From positions 995,884 to 1,059,883 of the forward strand of contig MU054001.1 of assembly GCA_013239625.1 (NCBI GenBank): 64,000 bases of DNA, written 5' to 3'. A model generated the notes under the pieces. That model did no database searches and had not been told where the DNA came from. It saw only the letters and a program-made list of their open reading frames with translations. Source of the stretch: Lama guanicoe. Lineage: Eukaryota. Of this stretch, positions 63,728 through 64,000 are shown in pieces. The position numbers and the translations under genes are program-made. Within the stretch, counting starts at the first letter, position 1; each line of letters starts with the position of its first letter.

Positions 63728-64000
63728 TTGTTTTTGGTTTTTTACGGTAAAATACACAGAACAAAAAAATTGACTCTTATAATCATTTTTAAGTGTACAG
63801 TTCAGTGGCATTAAGTCCATTCACATTGCTGGGCTACCATCACCACCATCCATCTCCAAAACTCTTTCCATCTTGGACAAATGAAAGTCTGCAGCCATTA
63901 AACACTAACTCCTGATTTCTCCTCCCCACAGCCCCTGGTACCCACCACTTTACTCTCTCATCTGTACGATTTTGACTACCCCAAGTTCCTCCTCTAAGTG
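63728..64000 (-). mobile_element. L1MA/MB-like 3' end, runs off the window
   Basis: ggtaaaatacac...catttttaagtgtacagttcagtggcattaagtccattcacattg...accatcaccaccatccatctcca...cagcccctgg. Confidence 0.88.

Noticed and set aside
1..64000. Assignment to a named gene locus or a novel multi-gene system
   Set aside because: No exon or RNA gene was recognised, so the locus cannot be named without alignment. The sequence gives no evidence of a new system.

Overview
Mammalian non-coding DNA, most likely camelid (camel/alpaca/llama). This rests on four copies of a tRNA-Ala(AGC)-derived SINE of the vic-1 type, cetartiodactyl-style L1 3' ends, and no Alu, B1, Bov-A/tA or PRE-1 SINEs seen. I found no protein-coding gene. 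The only ORF with recognisable protein similarity (56591-56842) is a fragment of the L1 ORF2 C-terminus. The window mixes old interspersed repeats (MIR, L2, L1M, MLT1/MaLR, ERVL LTRs, MER5/MER20/Tigger) with younger insertions (4 SINEs, short L1s, one ERV1-like solo LTR). Several repeat-free blocks are dense in homeodomain/FOX/SOX/TCF/POU motifs and look like enhancers of a developmental gene desert or large intron; that is inference, and the locus is not identified. I did not find a new biological system. The best-supported oddities are two twin-primed (inverted) L1 insertions, one only about 66 bp long; apparent reuse of one L1 target site; a probable L1 3' transduction; and two tandem duplications anchored on simple repeats that may be assembly artefacts. 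Repeat family names come from recalled consensus sequences, and old-repeat boundaries are approximate (about +/-30 bp).
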